The notes: generated by a model not told the origin, from the letters alone. DNA of 42,384 nt from an uncultured Deinococcales bacterium (GCA_964244895.1 CAXTKV010000015.1:1-42384); one strand, 5' to 3'; shown: positions 18,140-28,464, counted from the stretch's first letter. Program-made: numbers and translations.

Positions 18140-18220
18140 TCATCGGTTGCGGTTTCGCGTGCGAACCCAGTAGATCAATCCTCCGAGTCCGGCGGCAGCG
18201 GCGATGCAGGCAAAAATCAT
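18140..18220 (-). CDS. Putative 26-aa single-pass membrane peptide
   Basis: AGGAG 8 nt before ATG; MIFACIAAAAGLGGLIYWVRTRNRNR. Confidence 0.4.
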   Translation of the reverse strand: MIFACIAAAAGLGGLIYWVRTRNRNR

Positions 18221-18338
18221 GGCTCACGCTCCTGTTCTCTCGGCTCGAGTGACCGAGTCGCCAGCAGTCTGCGGTGCGGGTGTTGCAGAACTGTTGAAGC
18301 ACTGAATCCCGGTGCGATCCGCGAAGTAGCATCCTGGG

Positions 18339-19019
18339 GTGAACGGCGAGCGCGCGAAACAAACCGTCCTGATCGTCGAGGATGACAGCGACCTGGTCGA
18401 GATCTTAGAGGGCTACCTCGGGCAGGCAGGGTACGGCACCATCGTCGCCGGTGACGGCTTGATGGCGCTCGAGCAGTTTTACCGTCACGACCCGGCGCTG
18501 GTGCTGCTCGACCTCAATTTGCCCCGGCTGTCGGGACTCGAGGTGCTGCGGACGCTGCGCGAGGATTCGCGCGTGCCGATCATCGCGCTGACCGCGCGGG
18601 TCGGGTTTGAGGATCGGTTGCGCGGCTTCGAGGGCGGTGCAGACGATTACATCCCCAAACCGTTCTGGCCGCTCGAGGTCGTCGCGCGGGTCGAGGCGGT
18701 GCTGCGGCGCGTGCAACCGCCCAGTGCGCATCCCCTGTTGGGGGGCGGCGGTCTGGTGGTCAGCCTGCTGTCCAGGACGGTCGTGAAGTCCGGAACGAGT
18801 GTGCGCTTGCGGCCCGCCGAGTTCGAAATTCTGGCCTGCTTGATGCGCGCACCGGGTCGTGCTTTTACGCGAGCCGAACTGATCGAGGCCTGCGCGGGCA
18901 GCGATTCGAACGCGCTCGAGCGAACCATCGACAGCCACGTCGCCCGGTTGCGCTCGAGCCTCGGTTTGGATCACGCGATCCAAACCGTTCACGGCATCGG
19001 TTACCGCTATGACGGTTAA
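18339..19019 (+). CDS. OmpR/PhoB-family response regulator
   Basis: VEDD, LLDLNLP, GADDYIPKPF, TVHGIGY; leaderless TAGCAT-6-GTG. Confidence 0.92.
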   Translation: MNGERAKQTVLIVEDDSDLVEILEGYLGQAGYGTIVAGDGLMALEQFYRHDPALVLLDLNLPRLSGLEVLRTLREDSRVPIIALTARVGFEDRLRGFEGGADDYIPKPFWPLEVVARVEAVLRRVQPPSAHPLLGGGGLVVSLLSRTVVKSGTSVRLRPAEFEILACLMRAPGRAFTRAELIEACAGSDSNALERTIDSHVARLRSSLGLDHAIQTVHGIGYRYDG

Positions 19020-20145
19020 CACCTCCGCGCAGAAGACCGGCCCCGTGAAGGCGTCCACGGCGCTGTGGGTGCAGCTCGCCCGCTTGTTGGCGGCGGTGGC
19101 GACGGTCGGCGTGCTGGCCGAATGCGCGTTGTTGTTCGGCGTGGTGGCGCGCACCCTCGAGCGCCTGCCGCCCGAGACGGCGTTGGCCGTCCGCCGCGCC
19201 TTGCCGATCCCTGGCGCGGGCGGCGATCTCTCGCTGGCGGGCCAGTTCGCGCTCGTTTCAGTCTGCGGCTTGCTGCTCGGTGTCGGGGTCAGCCTGGGGC
19301 TGGCGGTGATCGCGGCGAAGCGCTTCGCCGCGCCGCTCGAGCTGGCTGCCGTGGCCGCGGAATCGCTGGCTGGCGGCAAGCTCGAGACGCGCATCGCGCC
19401 CAGCGCTGGCTCGAGCACCGATTCGAGCGAGGTGGGTCGCGTGTTGGCCAGCTTCAACGCGATGGCGGAGCGTCTCGAGAACACCGAGGCCGAGCGCCGC
19501 TACGCGAACGCGGCGATCGCGCACGAACTGCGTACTCCCATCGCCGCGATCCGCGGTCGGCTGGCGGGCATCCGCGACGGTGTGTTCGAGCCGTCGCAGG
19601 CGGAACTCGAGAAAATCTTGAAACCCCTCGAGACCCTGACGCGCCTGGCGGACGACCTGCAACTGGTGATGCTCGGTGAGGCTGATGCCCTCCGTCTCGA
19701 GCTGCAACGCCTGAACTTGAGCGCACTCCTCGAGGTGATCGTCACCGGAATCCCCGAGGTGGCGCGAAGGATCGATCTCGAAGGCGAGCCCACCGTGATG
19801 ATCGTGGCTGACCCGGTGCGGTTGACGCAAGCGATCGGTAACGTGCTCGAGAATGCCCTGCGTTTCACACCACCTGACCAGCCTGTGCGCGTGCGACTGG
19901 TCAGTGCGCGCGGCATGGCACGCCTGAGTGTGGCCGATGCTGGTCGCGGTGTCGCGGCTGCCGAACTGGAACGGATCTTCGACCGCTTTTACCGCGGCGA
20001 TGCGTCTCGCTCGAGGGATACGGGCGGGAGCGGCTTGGGCTTGGCGGTCGTGCGCGCCGTGATCGAATCTCACGGAGGTGAGGTCAAGGCGAGGCGTTCA
20101 GACCTGGGCGGTCTAGAGATCCGGATGAGCCTGCCGACGGTCTGA
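19009..20145 (+). CDS. HAMP sensor histidine kinase (BaeS/AdeS-like)
   Basis: Two TM segments, HAMP, AHELRTP, NALRF, DAGRG, GSGLGL. Confidence 0.92.
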   Translation: MTVNTSAQKTGPVKASTALWVQLARLLAAVATVGVLAECALLFGVVARTLERLPPETALAVRRALPIPGAGGDLSLAGQFALVSVCGLLLGVGVSLGLAVIAAKRFAAPLELAAVAAESLAGGKLETRIAPSAGSSTDSSEVGRVLASFNAMAERLENTEAERRYANAAIAHELRTPIAAIRGRLAGIRDGVFEPSQAELEKILKPLETLTRLADDLQLVMLGEADALRLELQRLNLSALLEVIVTGIPEVARRIDLEGEPTVMIVADPVRLTQAIGNVLENALRFTPPDQPVRVRLVSARGMARLSVADAGRGVAAAELERIFDRFYRGDASRSRDTGGSGLGLAVVRAVIESHGGEVKARRSDLGGLEIRMSLPTV

Positions 20146-20349
20146 TGCGGGTTGACCAATGGCACGTGCAGTCGAAGGAGCGCGGTACAGGTACCGGCAT
20201 GGCTGAAAGTATTCCACCCACCGAATCCTTGAATCATTCCCGGCGAAGGATTACCAGATCTCGAGGCGACCCAGTCCGTCAGCACCCCAACCCCGCCAGC
20301 GCCAACAGAACGATGGGTGATGTCTGTCGGGGGCAAGAAGGTGCATGTT

Positions 20350-20509
20350 CAGGGTCAAGAGGAGGGTGCCAGAGTGATGACTCGGCGATCAATCCGTGCT
20401 GCACGAGCCTTCGCGGCATCACTGAGCGACTGACAATGTAGGGTCATGATTGGAAAGCGGCGTTGAATCAGTTCAGTGTCAAGTACGAGGATCGGATACC
20501 GGTGTGAAA
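20350..20509 (+). mobile_element. Decayed IS256 transposase C-terminal remnant
   Basis: SDDSAIN..LRGITERLTM*GHDWKAALNQFSVKYEDRIPV*. Confidence 0.6.
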
Positions 20510-20626
20510 TGCTAAGCGACACGGAACGCTCGACGCGCCCGGTGATTGGGAGGGCCATGAGAGCCTCTTGCGGCGAACCGCTCCCATAGCCTCGAATGGG
20601 AAGCGTCGGTCGGGGCCGTATGTTCG

Positions 20627-21640
20627 TCAAGTTCGGTTGCCTGCATCGATATGGAGTTTGAAGGTTTGCAGCGCGCCGGGTTCGAGCATTGTGAGCGTCC
20701 CCGCTGCGCGCTCAGAGGCGCGACCTCGCACCCCCACGTTGCCCGGCTCGAGTCCTAAAACGTAATCCCCGGCGCCAAATTGTTGCCACTGCGTAAAACG
20801 GTTGAGCGCTCGCTCGTAGGCGATCTCCAGGCGCAAGGTGCTCGAGGTGACGCCGAGACGCACCCAGCCATCCGCATCGGGCCGCATCTCGTGCTCGATC
20901 ACGCAGACGGAGGCCTCCGCATCGGGCGCCGGCATGGTTTCCCAGTGCGCCTCCGCCCCGAGATTGACGGTGCGTTTCGCGCTCGGCGCGTCGAGCCTCG
21001 AGTCGGGGCCGATCAACGGCCAGCCGAGGTTGATGTGATAGAGGATCATCAGTACCGCCGGTTTCGAGCCGATGTTTTCGACGACATCCTCGAGTTCAAT
21101 CCTGGCCTCGCCGAGTTTCGCGCGGATGGTGCGGGTCTTCTCGAATTTGTCGCCGTAGAGTACGGCCTCGCGCGTCTTGCCGCGAACCGTCATGAGGTAC
21201 TCGTCACCGATCCACTCGCCCCAAGCGGCGACCTCGAAGGCGGGCGCGCTCGAGGCGCGCCCGTGCTGAGGGTACTGAACGCCCTCGTCCAGGTTGGGGT
21301 CGCCGACGTTGGACAGCCCGCAGGTGGTCAGCAGCCCGCCGCCGAAGGCGCGCAGGAAGCCCGAATCGGGCGCGCCATCGACCAAACCTGGGTGGGCGAA
21401 ACCCGCGCTCGAGAGCCACGAAAGCGGCTGACCGTTGAAGCGCGCAGCACCCAGGTCGAGCCCTCGAGACGGCAAGACCTCCAGTTCGAGTCCAGCGCCG
21501 GTGCGCAACTCGATCGCTTCGATGCCGTCCTCGACGCCCTCGAGCCACCGCACGCGCCGCACGCCACCCACTTGCGTGACGTTGCCGACGCGTTCGAGAA
21601 GCTGGTTCTTCGTCAGGCGCTCGCCCCACAAGGTCGGCAT
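20627..21640 (-). CDS. Aldose 1-epimerase-like protein (DUF4432)
   Basis: AGGAGG RBS; RGLDLG, FGGGLLTTCGL, HGR, LYHINLG, YVLGLEPG. Confidence 0.88.
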   Translation of the reverse strand: MPTLWGERLTKNQLLERVGNVTQVGGVRRVRWLEGVEDGIEAIELRTGAGLELEVLPSRGLDLGAARFNGQPLSWLSSAGFAHPGLVDGAPDSGFLRAFGGGLLTTCGLSNVGDPNLDEGVQYPQHGRASSAPAFEVAAWGEWIGDEYLMTVRGKTREAVLYGDKFEKTRTIRAKLGEARIELEDVVENIGSKPAVLMILYHINLGWPLIGPDSRLDAPSAKRTVNLGAEAHWETMPAPDAEASVCVIEHEMRPDADGWVRLGVTSSTLRLEIAYERALNRFTQWQQFGAGDYVLGLEPGNVGVRGRASERAAGTLTMLEPGALQTFKLHIDAGNRT

Positions 21641-21650
21641 GGATTCCTCC

Positions 21651-22395
21651 TTAATTACTGACTTCGAGCAGCACGCCCGTCCAGGCTCGAGCCTCGATCT
21701 CGAATTGCAGTTTCCCGTTCGTGATCGAGAGCGCCTGACCCGTGGTTCCAGCCAGATTCGCCCGATGCGCGGCGCGCAGTTTCAACCAGCCGTCCCGGAT
21801 CTGAATCGTGCGCGGCGCGTCAGTCGGATTGAGCAGTCGCAGTTGTACACCCGATCCGCCGTGCTCGAGTCCGGTCAGCATCACGCCATTGAGCTCGAGG
21901 TCGAGCAGCTGCGCGCGCTCGTGCTGGCGCGAACCTCGATGCTTGTACCAGTACAGTTGCGGCGAAACCACATACGTTAGGGCGCTCTGGATTGAAGTTT
22001 CGAGCCACTCGGCTGCGTGGGGGATCAAGCGGAAGGTCTGGCGAATCTGCCCGGATTGATCGGCCTGGAAGTTCGTGTCCCAGTAATTGTTCGTGAGCCA
22101 CGCGACCAGCATCGCATCGCCGCGCTCGACCTCGCCCATCGCGTGGCGCCCGAAGGTGAAGCCCCCGACCTGCCACAGCGGCGTGTCGGGGCAGGCGACC
22201 GTCAACCCGCGATGATCGTCCTGGAGCCGGATGAAGCGCTGGGTGGTCAGGAAGTGCTTGGAGGTGTTGGGCAATTGCTCGCGGTCGAGTTCGACCACCG
22301 CGCCGGCGGTCTCGAAATGGCAGCGCGCCGCCCCGTCCATCGCGAGCGGAAAGCTCACGTACAGCGCGTGCGGGTCGTCCAGTCCGACCTTAAGG
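21651..22395 (-). pseudogene. C-terminal fragment of a GH38 alpha-mannosidase-like glycosidase, 5'-truncated
   Basis: HALYVSFPL, DREQLP, WLTNNYWDTNFQADQ, LRLLNP; catalytic N-terminal domain absent. Confidence 0.65.
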
Positions 22396-22622
22396 GATAA
22401 GGATTAAGACGCTCACGAAGTCTATACACCACCGTTCTGGCCACATTTTCTCGATTGAGACGAAAAATCGGCAGACCTGCAGCGGTGAGGGCGAGGAGCC
22501 TGCAGTTAGGCGGTTGACATTCGGTTACGCCGACGACGGCATCAGGATTACGTTGGTGAGCGCCGAGATCATCCGCGACGCGGATCTGGTGAAGCCAAAT
22601 CCCGACGTTCGGGTCTTCGAAC

Positions 22623-25427
22623 ATGCGCGCCGAGTGCTGCGGCGTTCGCATTCTCACCCATCGTTGCCCGAATCTTGCCATATTCATGGGTGTGAACCCC
22701 TCGGCTCCATCGGGAACCGGGTTCGAGGATTCCACCCGACCCGGCCCGCGCACAAGCGCCTCCCTGGCCCGCTACGGCTCGGCCATCGCTCTGGCTTCGG
22801 CGGGAGTAGCGATGGAGGCGGCGTTTGAACCGATCATCGGGACACGGCCAACGTACATCGTACCCGTTATCGCGACGACGCTCGCTGCCTGGCTCGGCGG
22901 CCTCGGCCCTGGACTGGCGGCGACCGCGACCGGAACCCTGCTCACACTGTACTTCCTGGTGGCTCCGCGGGGCAGCCTGCAGGTCGCCTCGTCGCAGGAC
23001 GCGTGGCGGATCGCGCTCTCCGTGGTCGAAAGCGTGATCGTGTCCGGCATCGCCGCGAACCTTCACGCGTCGATCCGTCGGTTCGAGCGGGCTGCCCAGA
23101 GGGCCACGGCCCTCCAGCGCGTGACCGCCAGCCTCGGTACCGCGAACACGCCCGACGAGGTCGTCGCGGCGACCCTCCGCGAGGCCCTGACCGTTCTCGG
23201 TGCGAGCGCGGGTGGCGTGTTCACCAGGTCGTCCGACGGCGCGTGGCTCGAGATGATCGGCAGCTCCGGCTACCCGAGCGACCTCGCCGACCAGTTCCGG
23301 CGCGTGGATGCCGCCTCCGATTTGCCCGTCGTGCGGTCGGCTGCGACGGGACAACCCGTGTTCCTCGGCGAGGTCGGTTTGAGCGCGCAGCAGGATCTCA
23401 GGCGCGGCGTCGCGCGCACGGGCAACAGGGCCGTGGCCAGCCTGCCGATGATCGTCGAGAATTACACCTTCGGGGCGATGGGCCTGAGTTTCGCCGAACC
23501 CCGCGCGTTCCCGCAGGCCGAGCGAGAGTTCATGCTTTCGCTGGCCGGGCAGTGCGCTCAGGCGCTCGAGCGCGCCCGGCTGCTCGAGGCCGAGCGCGCG
23601 GGACGGGTCGAACTGGCCGAGACGGCCACGCTGCTCGCGACGCTGCTCTCGAGCGCTCCGATCGGTTTCGCCTTCATCGACCGGGAGCTGCGTTACCGCG
23701 AGTTCAACCGCGCGCTGGCCGCGATGAACGGCTCCGACCCCGAAGCGTTGATCGGCAAAACCGTGCGGGAGGTCGTGCCGCAACTCGCCGACCAACTCGA
23801 GCCCGCCCTGCGCCGCAGCCTCGAGTTGGGTGAGCCGACGCTCGACCTGGAAATCGTGGGCGAGGGACCCGACGCCGGGCGCTTTTGGCTCGAGCACATC
23901 TACCCGGTTGTGAACCCTTCGGGAACCACGCTCGGGGTGGGCGTGGTGGTCGAGGAGACCACGGCACGCAGACGGGAGGCCGCCGAGCGGGAGGCGAACC
24001 TGCGCGCTCGGCTCGAGGCGATGCCCCACCACGTCTGGACGGTGCCCGCGGATGGGGGCAGCGTCGATTGGTACAACCGTCGTTGGCACGAGTACACCGG
24101 GCTTTCCGAAAAGGACATCGCGGTGGACGGCGGCCAGGGCATCGTTCACCCCGGAGATACGACCGATTTGGCGCGGGCCTACGAAATCGGCCTGCGCGAG
24201 GGCCGGGCCTTCGAGACGGAGGTGCGTTTGAGGGCGCGCGACGGCGGCTACCGGTGGTTCGCGATTCGCTGCGAACCGATCCTCGACGCCGGGCGGATCG
24301 TTGGATGGATCGGTACGAACACGGACATCCACGAGCGCAGGCTCGCCGAGGAGGCGACTCGCGAGCGCGAGGCGCGCTTCCGCTGGCTGGCCGAGGCCAC
24401 ACCGCAGATGGTCTGGATCTTCGACGCCGACGCGCGCCTGACGTACGTCAACCCCGCGTTCACTGAACTCACGGGTTTGAGCCTCGAGCAGGCGCAATCC
24501 GGCGACGTCAACGTGGTTCACCCCGAGGACATGCCCGCCTTTCTCGAGCGCGGGGCGGAGGCCACGTCGACGGCCTCGACCTTCAGGCTCGAGATGCGCC
24601 TGAGGCACGCCGAGCGCGATGGGTACCGATGGTTTCTGCACCAGGCCGTACCGATCCTGCAAGATGGCGCGATCACGGGCTGGTACGGCACCTCAACCGA
24701 CATTCATGCCCGCAAGGAGGCCGAGATCGCCCTGCGCTCGGTCGCAGAGGCGCAGCGCCGCTTCGTGTCGGATGCCGCACACGAACTGCGCGCCCCGCTG
24801 ACCGCCATCCAAGGCAACCTCGAACTCGTGGAACGCTTTCCCGAGATGATCGAGGCGGATAAGCGCGAGGCGTTGCGCGACGCCTCGCGAGAAGCGGCCA
24901 GGCTCGGGCGGCTCGTCGGCGACATGCTCGCGCTGGCGCGGGGTGAAGCGGGAACCCAGAGCAAGGCTGAGGAACTCGATCTGGCGACCGTCCTCGAATC
25001 GGCGCTCGAGAGCGCGCGCCCGTTGGCGACGGGCCGCACGCTGAAACGAAGTGAACTGCCACGCGTGTTGGTCGAAGGCGACCGCGACCAATTGAAACAG
25101 CTCGCGCTGATCCTGCTGGACAACGCGCTGAAGTACACCCCGGAGGGCGGTACGGTCTCGCTCGAGGCCAGTCGCGGCCTCGACGGCGCGGAGTTCCGCG
25201 TTTCCGACACGGGCATCGGCATTCCGCGCGCCGATCTCGAGCGCGTCTTCGAGCGCTTCTACCGGGTGGACGCCTCGCGTTCACCTGGTCAGGATCCGGG
25301 CGGCACCGGCCTGGGCTTGCCGATCGCGCGTCAGATCGCGCGCCACCACGGCGGCGAGATACGCCTGGTGAGCGTCGTCGGAGAGGGCACCACCGCCATC
25401 GTCACGCTTCCGCTTGCCGAGGTTTAA
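22623..25427 (+). CDS. DUF4118-GAF-PAS sensor histidine kinase (start uncertain, possibly ~22687)
   Basis: TM region with GGLGPGL, a GAF domain, three PAS domains (two with HPxD), AAHELRAPL, DNALKY, DTGIGI, GTGLGL. Confidence 0.92.
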   Translation: MRAECCGVRILTHRCPNLAIFMGVNPSAPSGTGFEDSTRPGPRTSASLARYGSAIALASAGVAMEAAFEPIIGTRPTYIVPVIATTLAAWLGGLGPGLAATATGTLLTLYFLVAPRGSLQVASSQDAWRIALSVVESVIVSGIAANLHASIRRFERAAQRATALQRVTASLGTANTPDEVVAATLREALTVLGASAGGVFTRSSDGAWLEMIGSSGYPSDLADQFRRVDAASDLPVVRSAATGQPVFLGEVGLSAQQDLRRGVARTGNRAVASLPMIVENYTFGAMGLSFAEPRAFPQAEREFMLSLAGQCAQALERARLLEAERAGRVELAETATLLATLLSSAPIGFAFIDRELRYREFNRALAAMNGSDPEALIGKTVREVVPQLADQLEPALRRSLELGEPTLDLEIVGEGPDAGRFWLEHIYPVVNPSGTTLGVGVVVEETTARRREAAEREANLRARLEAMPHHVWTVPADGGSVDWYNRRWHEYTGLSEKDIAVDGGQGIVHPGDTTDLARAYEIGLREGRAFETEVRLRARDGGYRWFAIRCEPILDAGRIVGWIGTNTDIHERRLAEEATREREARFRWLAEATPQMVWIFDADARLTYVNPAFTELTGLSLEQAQSGDVNVVHPEDMPAFLERGAEATSTASTFRLEMRLRHAERDGYRWFLHQAVPILQDGAITGWYGTSTDIHARKEAEIALRSVAEAQRRFVSDAAHELRAPLTAIQGNLELVERFPEMIEADKREALRDASREAARLGRLVGDMLALARGEAGTQSKAEELDLATVLESALESARPLATGRTLKRSELPRVLVEGDRDQLKQLALILLDNALKYTPEGGTVSLEASRGLDGAEFRVSDTGIGIPRADLERVFERFYRVDASRSPGQDPGGTGLGLPIARQIARHHGGEIRLVSVVGEGTTAIVTLPLAEV

Positions 25428-25598
25428 GGGCGCGGTCGGGCGGGGCGAACTCGGGGCCGTTCGCCGACGGGAGCAAAGTCAGCCTTTCGTCCGTGAGGAG
25501 CGAAGCCCGTCCTGGTCTGCCCATCCGGATTAGCTCAGCCTCCGGTTCCATCAGACGCCGCTCAGCCCGCACTCAACGCGCATTGCGAACCTGGGAAT

Positions 25599-26612
25599 GT
25601 GATCGCGTTGCTCGCAAAAACCTACAGGGAGTGGATCGAGGATCACGTCCCCGTGCAGGCGGCAGCGCTCGCGTACTACACGATTTTCTCGGTCGCGCCT
25701 TTATTGCTGGTGATCATCGCCGTCGTCGGGCTGATCGCGGGCCGCGACGCGACCCGCGACGCGATTCTGCACGAGGTCGGTGGTCTGATCGGCAGCGACG
25801 GAGCGGGGCTGGTCGCCGGAATGCTCGACGCGGCCTCCAAGAGCCCGCAGCAGGGCGTGCTCGGGCTGGCGCTCGGGCTCGGGGCGCTCCTGGCTGGTGC
25901 CACGGGCGCGTTCGTCCAGCTCCAGCAGACGCTCAACACCATCTGGGACATCAAACCCAGAGCGGGCATCGCTGCGCTCGTGCGCGTGCGGATCGCGTCG
26001 TTCGGCCTGATCCTGGTCGCGGGGTTCTTGCTGCTCGTCTCGCTGGCGGCGAGCGCGGCGGTGACGGCCCTCGTGGCGGGCGTGGGCGTGTCCGTCCTCG
26101 CGCCACTCGCGGACTTCGCGGTGTCCGCGCTGGTGGCGTCGCTGCTGTTCGCGCTGATCTACAAGTTCTTGCCGGACGCGCCCATCGCCTGGGCGGACGC
26201 GCTCTGGGGCGGCGCTCTGACTTCGGTGCTGTTCAACCTGGGCAAGCTCCTGATCGGGCTGTACCTCGGGCGCAGCGCGGTGGCGAGCGCTTACGGGGCG
26301 GCGGGTTCGCTGGTGGTGACGCTGTTGTGGATTTATTACTCGGCGCAGATCGTGCTGTTCGGAGCCGAGTTCACCCAGGTTCGCTCGCGGGCTCGAGGGC
26401 GAGGGGTCGCTTCTTCGAGCGAGACGAACCCGATGAAACTGGAGGCGGGTGTGCGAGAACCCGAGGGGCAATCCGCCGTTGGTGCGCTGTGGGTGTTGCT
26501 GGGCCTCGGCATCGTGTGGATCGCACTCTCGAGGTTCGATCCCGACGGGCGCATACAGACTCGAGGCGGCTCTGGCGGGCGCGGTGATGCGACTCCCACC
26601 CTTCGGCGCTGA
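25599..26612 (+). CDS. YihY/virulence factor BrkB family membrane protein
   Basis: AAALAYYTIFSVAPLL, YGAAGSLVVTLLWIYYSAQIVLFGAEF. Confidence 0.9.
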   Translation: MIALLAKTYREWIEDHVPVQAAALAYYTIFSVAPLLLVIIAVVGLIAGRDATRDAILHEVGGLIGSDGAGLVAGMLDAASKSPQQGVLGLALGLGALLAGATGAFVQLQQTLNTIWDIKPRAGIAALVRVRIASFGLILVAGFLLLVSLAASAAVTALVAGVGVSVLAPLADFAVSALVASLLFALIYKFLPDAPIAWADALWGGALTSVLFNLGKLLIGLYLGRSAVASAYGAAGSLVVTLLWIYYSAQIVLFGAEFTQVRSRARGRGVASSSETNPMKLEAGVREPEGQSAVGALWVLLGLGIVWIALSRFDPDGRIQTRGGSGGRGDATPTLRR

Positions 26613-26683
26613 TCCCAGCGCACCAGAGGAACTGCTGATCGTGCCGACTTCAGCGAACGTCGCCCGGACAGGGCGCGTCAAGT

Positions 26684-27626
26684 GAAGTGCGGCTTTCCAG
26701 TTATGAACCGGCATCGTCCAACGCTTCGTGATGCTCCGCAAGCCCAGGTACAAGAGCTTGATCGCCACCTCGTCGCTCGGGAATGACCCTCGAGCCTTCG
26801 TGATCCTCCGCAACGAAAAGTTCGACGATTCAACCGAGTTGGTTATATACACCGCCCTTGTGATCGCGGCTGGATACGAGAAGCACGGAACCACTCGAGA
26901 CCAATTTCTGCGCCGGGACTGGCTGATCGAAGGGTACTTTGCGTCCCACTTGGCCGCGAACGCCTCGAGTCCAGCCTCAGCCGCCTGCTCGGTCGGAGCT
27001 TTGTAAATCGCTTTGAGGTCCTCACCACGGCTTTGCGTTCCTTCCACGACACGAAGTTCAGGCTGTAGCGCACCAAGTGAACGATGCAGAGTTGCACCTG
27101 AGCGCGAGGTAACACCGTCTCGATGGCTTCTGGAAACCCGTTTAAACCGTCCACGCACGGGCGTGCAATCCACGCCCGTGCGTGACGAACACGTCGTTCA
27201 CCCCCTCGGTTCTTGAGTTCCGTCAGGATCGAGAGCCAGAACTTCGCATTTTCCGTCCGAGCAATCCAAAGCCCAAGCACGTCCTTGACGCCCGTCGCAC
27301 CGCTACGCGAGCGGGTTCATCCCGCGCAGCGGGGTGCGAAGAGATTCACGCCGATGGCGTCATGCAACGCATGCAGGGCATGGCGTACACGGCCTTGGTT
27401 TTGACCGCCCCATCATCCATGATTTTCGAGTGCAAACAGTCGAGGTGAACGATTGGGTAGCGCGAATGGCCCGTCAGGTGCCGTCTAGTGAGCAAGAGGG
27501 TCGCTTCGAGCGACCTGGATTGCCAGGTCTTGATTTCGAACGACACCGATGCTGTTTCGGACGAGATCAGTCCGGGCTGACCTCGACCACAGACATCTCC
27601 TCGAGATGCGCCTGGGTTTCTCGGGT
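26684..27626 (-). mobile_element. IS256-family transposase pseudogene (multiple frameshifts)
   Basis: STRETQAHLEEM..VSPD, YPIVHLD, VLGLWIARTENAKFW, CVDGLNGFPEAI, ITNSVES, GSFPSDEVAIKLLYL, WTMPVHNWKAAL. Confidence 0.85.
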
Positions 27627-27830
27627 TGAGATTCCCAGGTTTCGGTAGACTCGAGCAACCTCAAACCGCGCTGCTGATCTCGAACTGGACCGGACTCTGA
27701 AAGCCCAGGCTCGAGTGTAACCGCTGCCGATTATAGAAAACCTCCATCCACTCGAACACCAACCGCTGGGTCTCGAGTTCCGTCCCCCAAGCCTTGTCCA
27801 GGTCAAGCTCGAGTTTCAAGGTTGAGAATC
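27627..27830 (-). mobile_element. IS3 right-end fragment abutting the IS256 remnant
   Basis: FSTLKLE..WMEVFYNRQRLHSSLGFQSPVQFE* followed by an end reading TGAGATTCCCAGGTTTCGGTAGAC on + at 27627. Confidence 0.8.
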
Positions 27831-27993
27831 TGGTTGCGTGGTGGGATGTGTCGCGCCTCGCGGACGACAAGGGCGACCTCGCCTTCTGATGAGCTGGGTT
27901 CGCTCAATGTGATCGGTCTGGCCAGTCTCGTAAGGCTTGAAAACTTACACTCAAGTTTCGATCCTAAAAAGTAGATGGATTCTCGAGCCGCCT

Positions 27994-28464
27994 TCAACCC
28001 TCGTTACCGAGTTTGAGCATGCGTTTGAGCAGCCCCAAGAGCTGAGCCTGCTCCTGGTCGGACAACGCGGCGGTGATCTCGCCCTCCGCACGTCGAATTT
28101 CTGGCAGCGTCTGCGCCAACAGTTCAGCGCCCGCCGTGGTGATGGCGACGCTGTGCTTGCGGCGGTCTGTCGGATCGGGATGTCGCCGCACGAAGCCTCG
28201 CTCCTCGAGCAGGTCCACCGTTCGCATGACGTTGGTCGGATCCAAGCCCACCCGTTGGCTGAGCGCGATCTGGGCCTGCGGCCCCTCGCCTTGGAGGAGC
28301 ATCAGCAGGCCGTACTGCCGCCGATTCAGGCCGTGGGCGAGGCTGACCCGCTCGACTTGAAGGTTGATGCTCTCGGCGACTTTGTTCACGACGAATCCGA
28401 TGTTCTCGAGGAAGCCGGCGGGGAACGCCGAGGCGTCCGGCAGGGTCGCTGGGAGGTCAGCCAT
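27994..28464 (-). CDS. MarR-family regulator
   Basis: VGLDPTNVMRTVDLLEERGFVRR, DPTDRR; leaderless TAGAAT-6-ATG. Confidence 0.92.
   Translation of the reverse strand: MADLPATLPDASAFPAGFLENIGFVVNKVAESINLQVERVSLAHGLNRRQYGLLMLLQGEGPQAQIALSQRVGLDPTNVMRTVDLLEERGFVRRHPDPTDRRKHSVAITTAGAELLAQTLPEIRRAEGEITAALSDQEQAQLLGLLKRMLKLGNEG

Noticed and set aside
22569..24662. 697-aa - strand ORF
   Set aside because: Antisense shadow of the PAS histidine kinase.
25701..27173. 490-aa ORF resembling a transposase fusion
   Set aside because: An IS256 fragment that lost its end and reads through the antisense strand of yihY.
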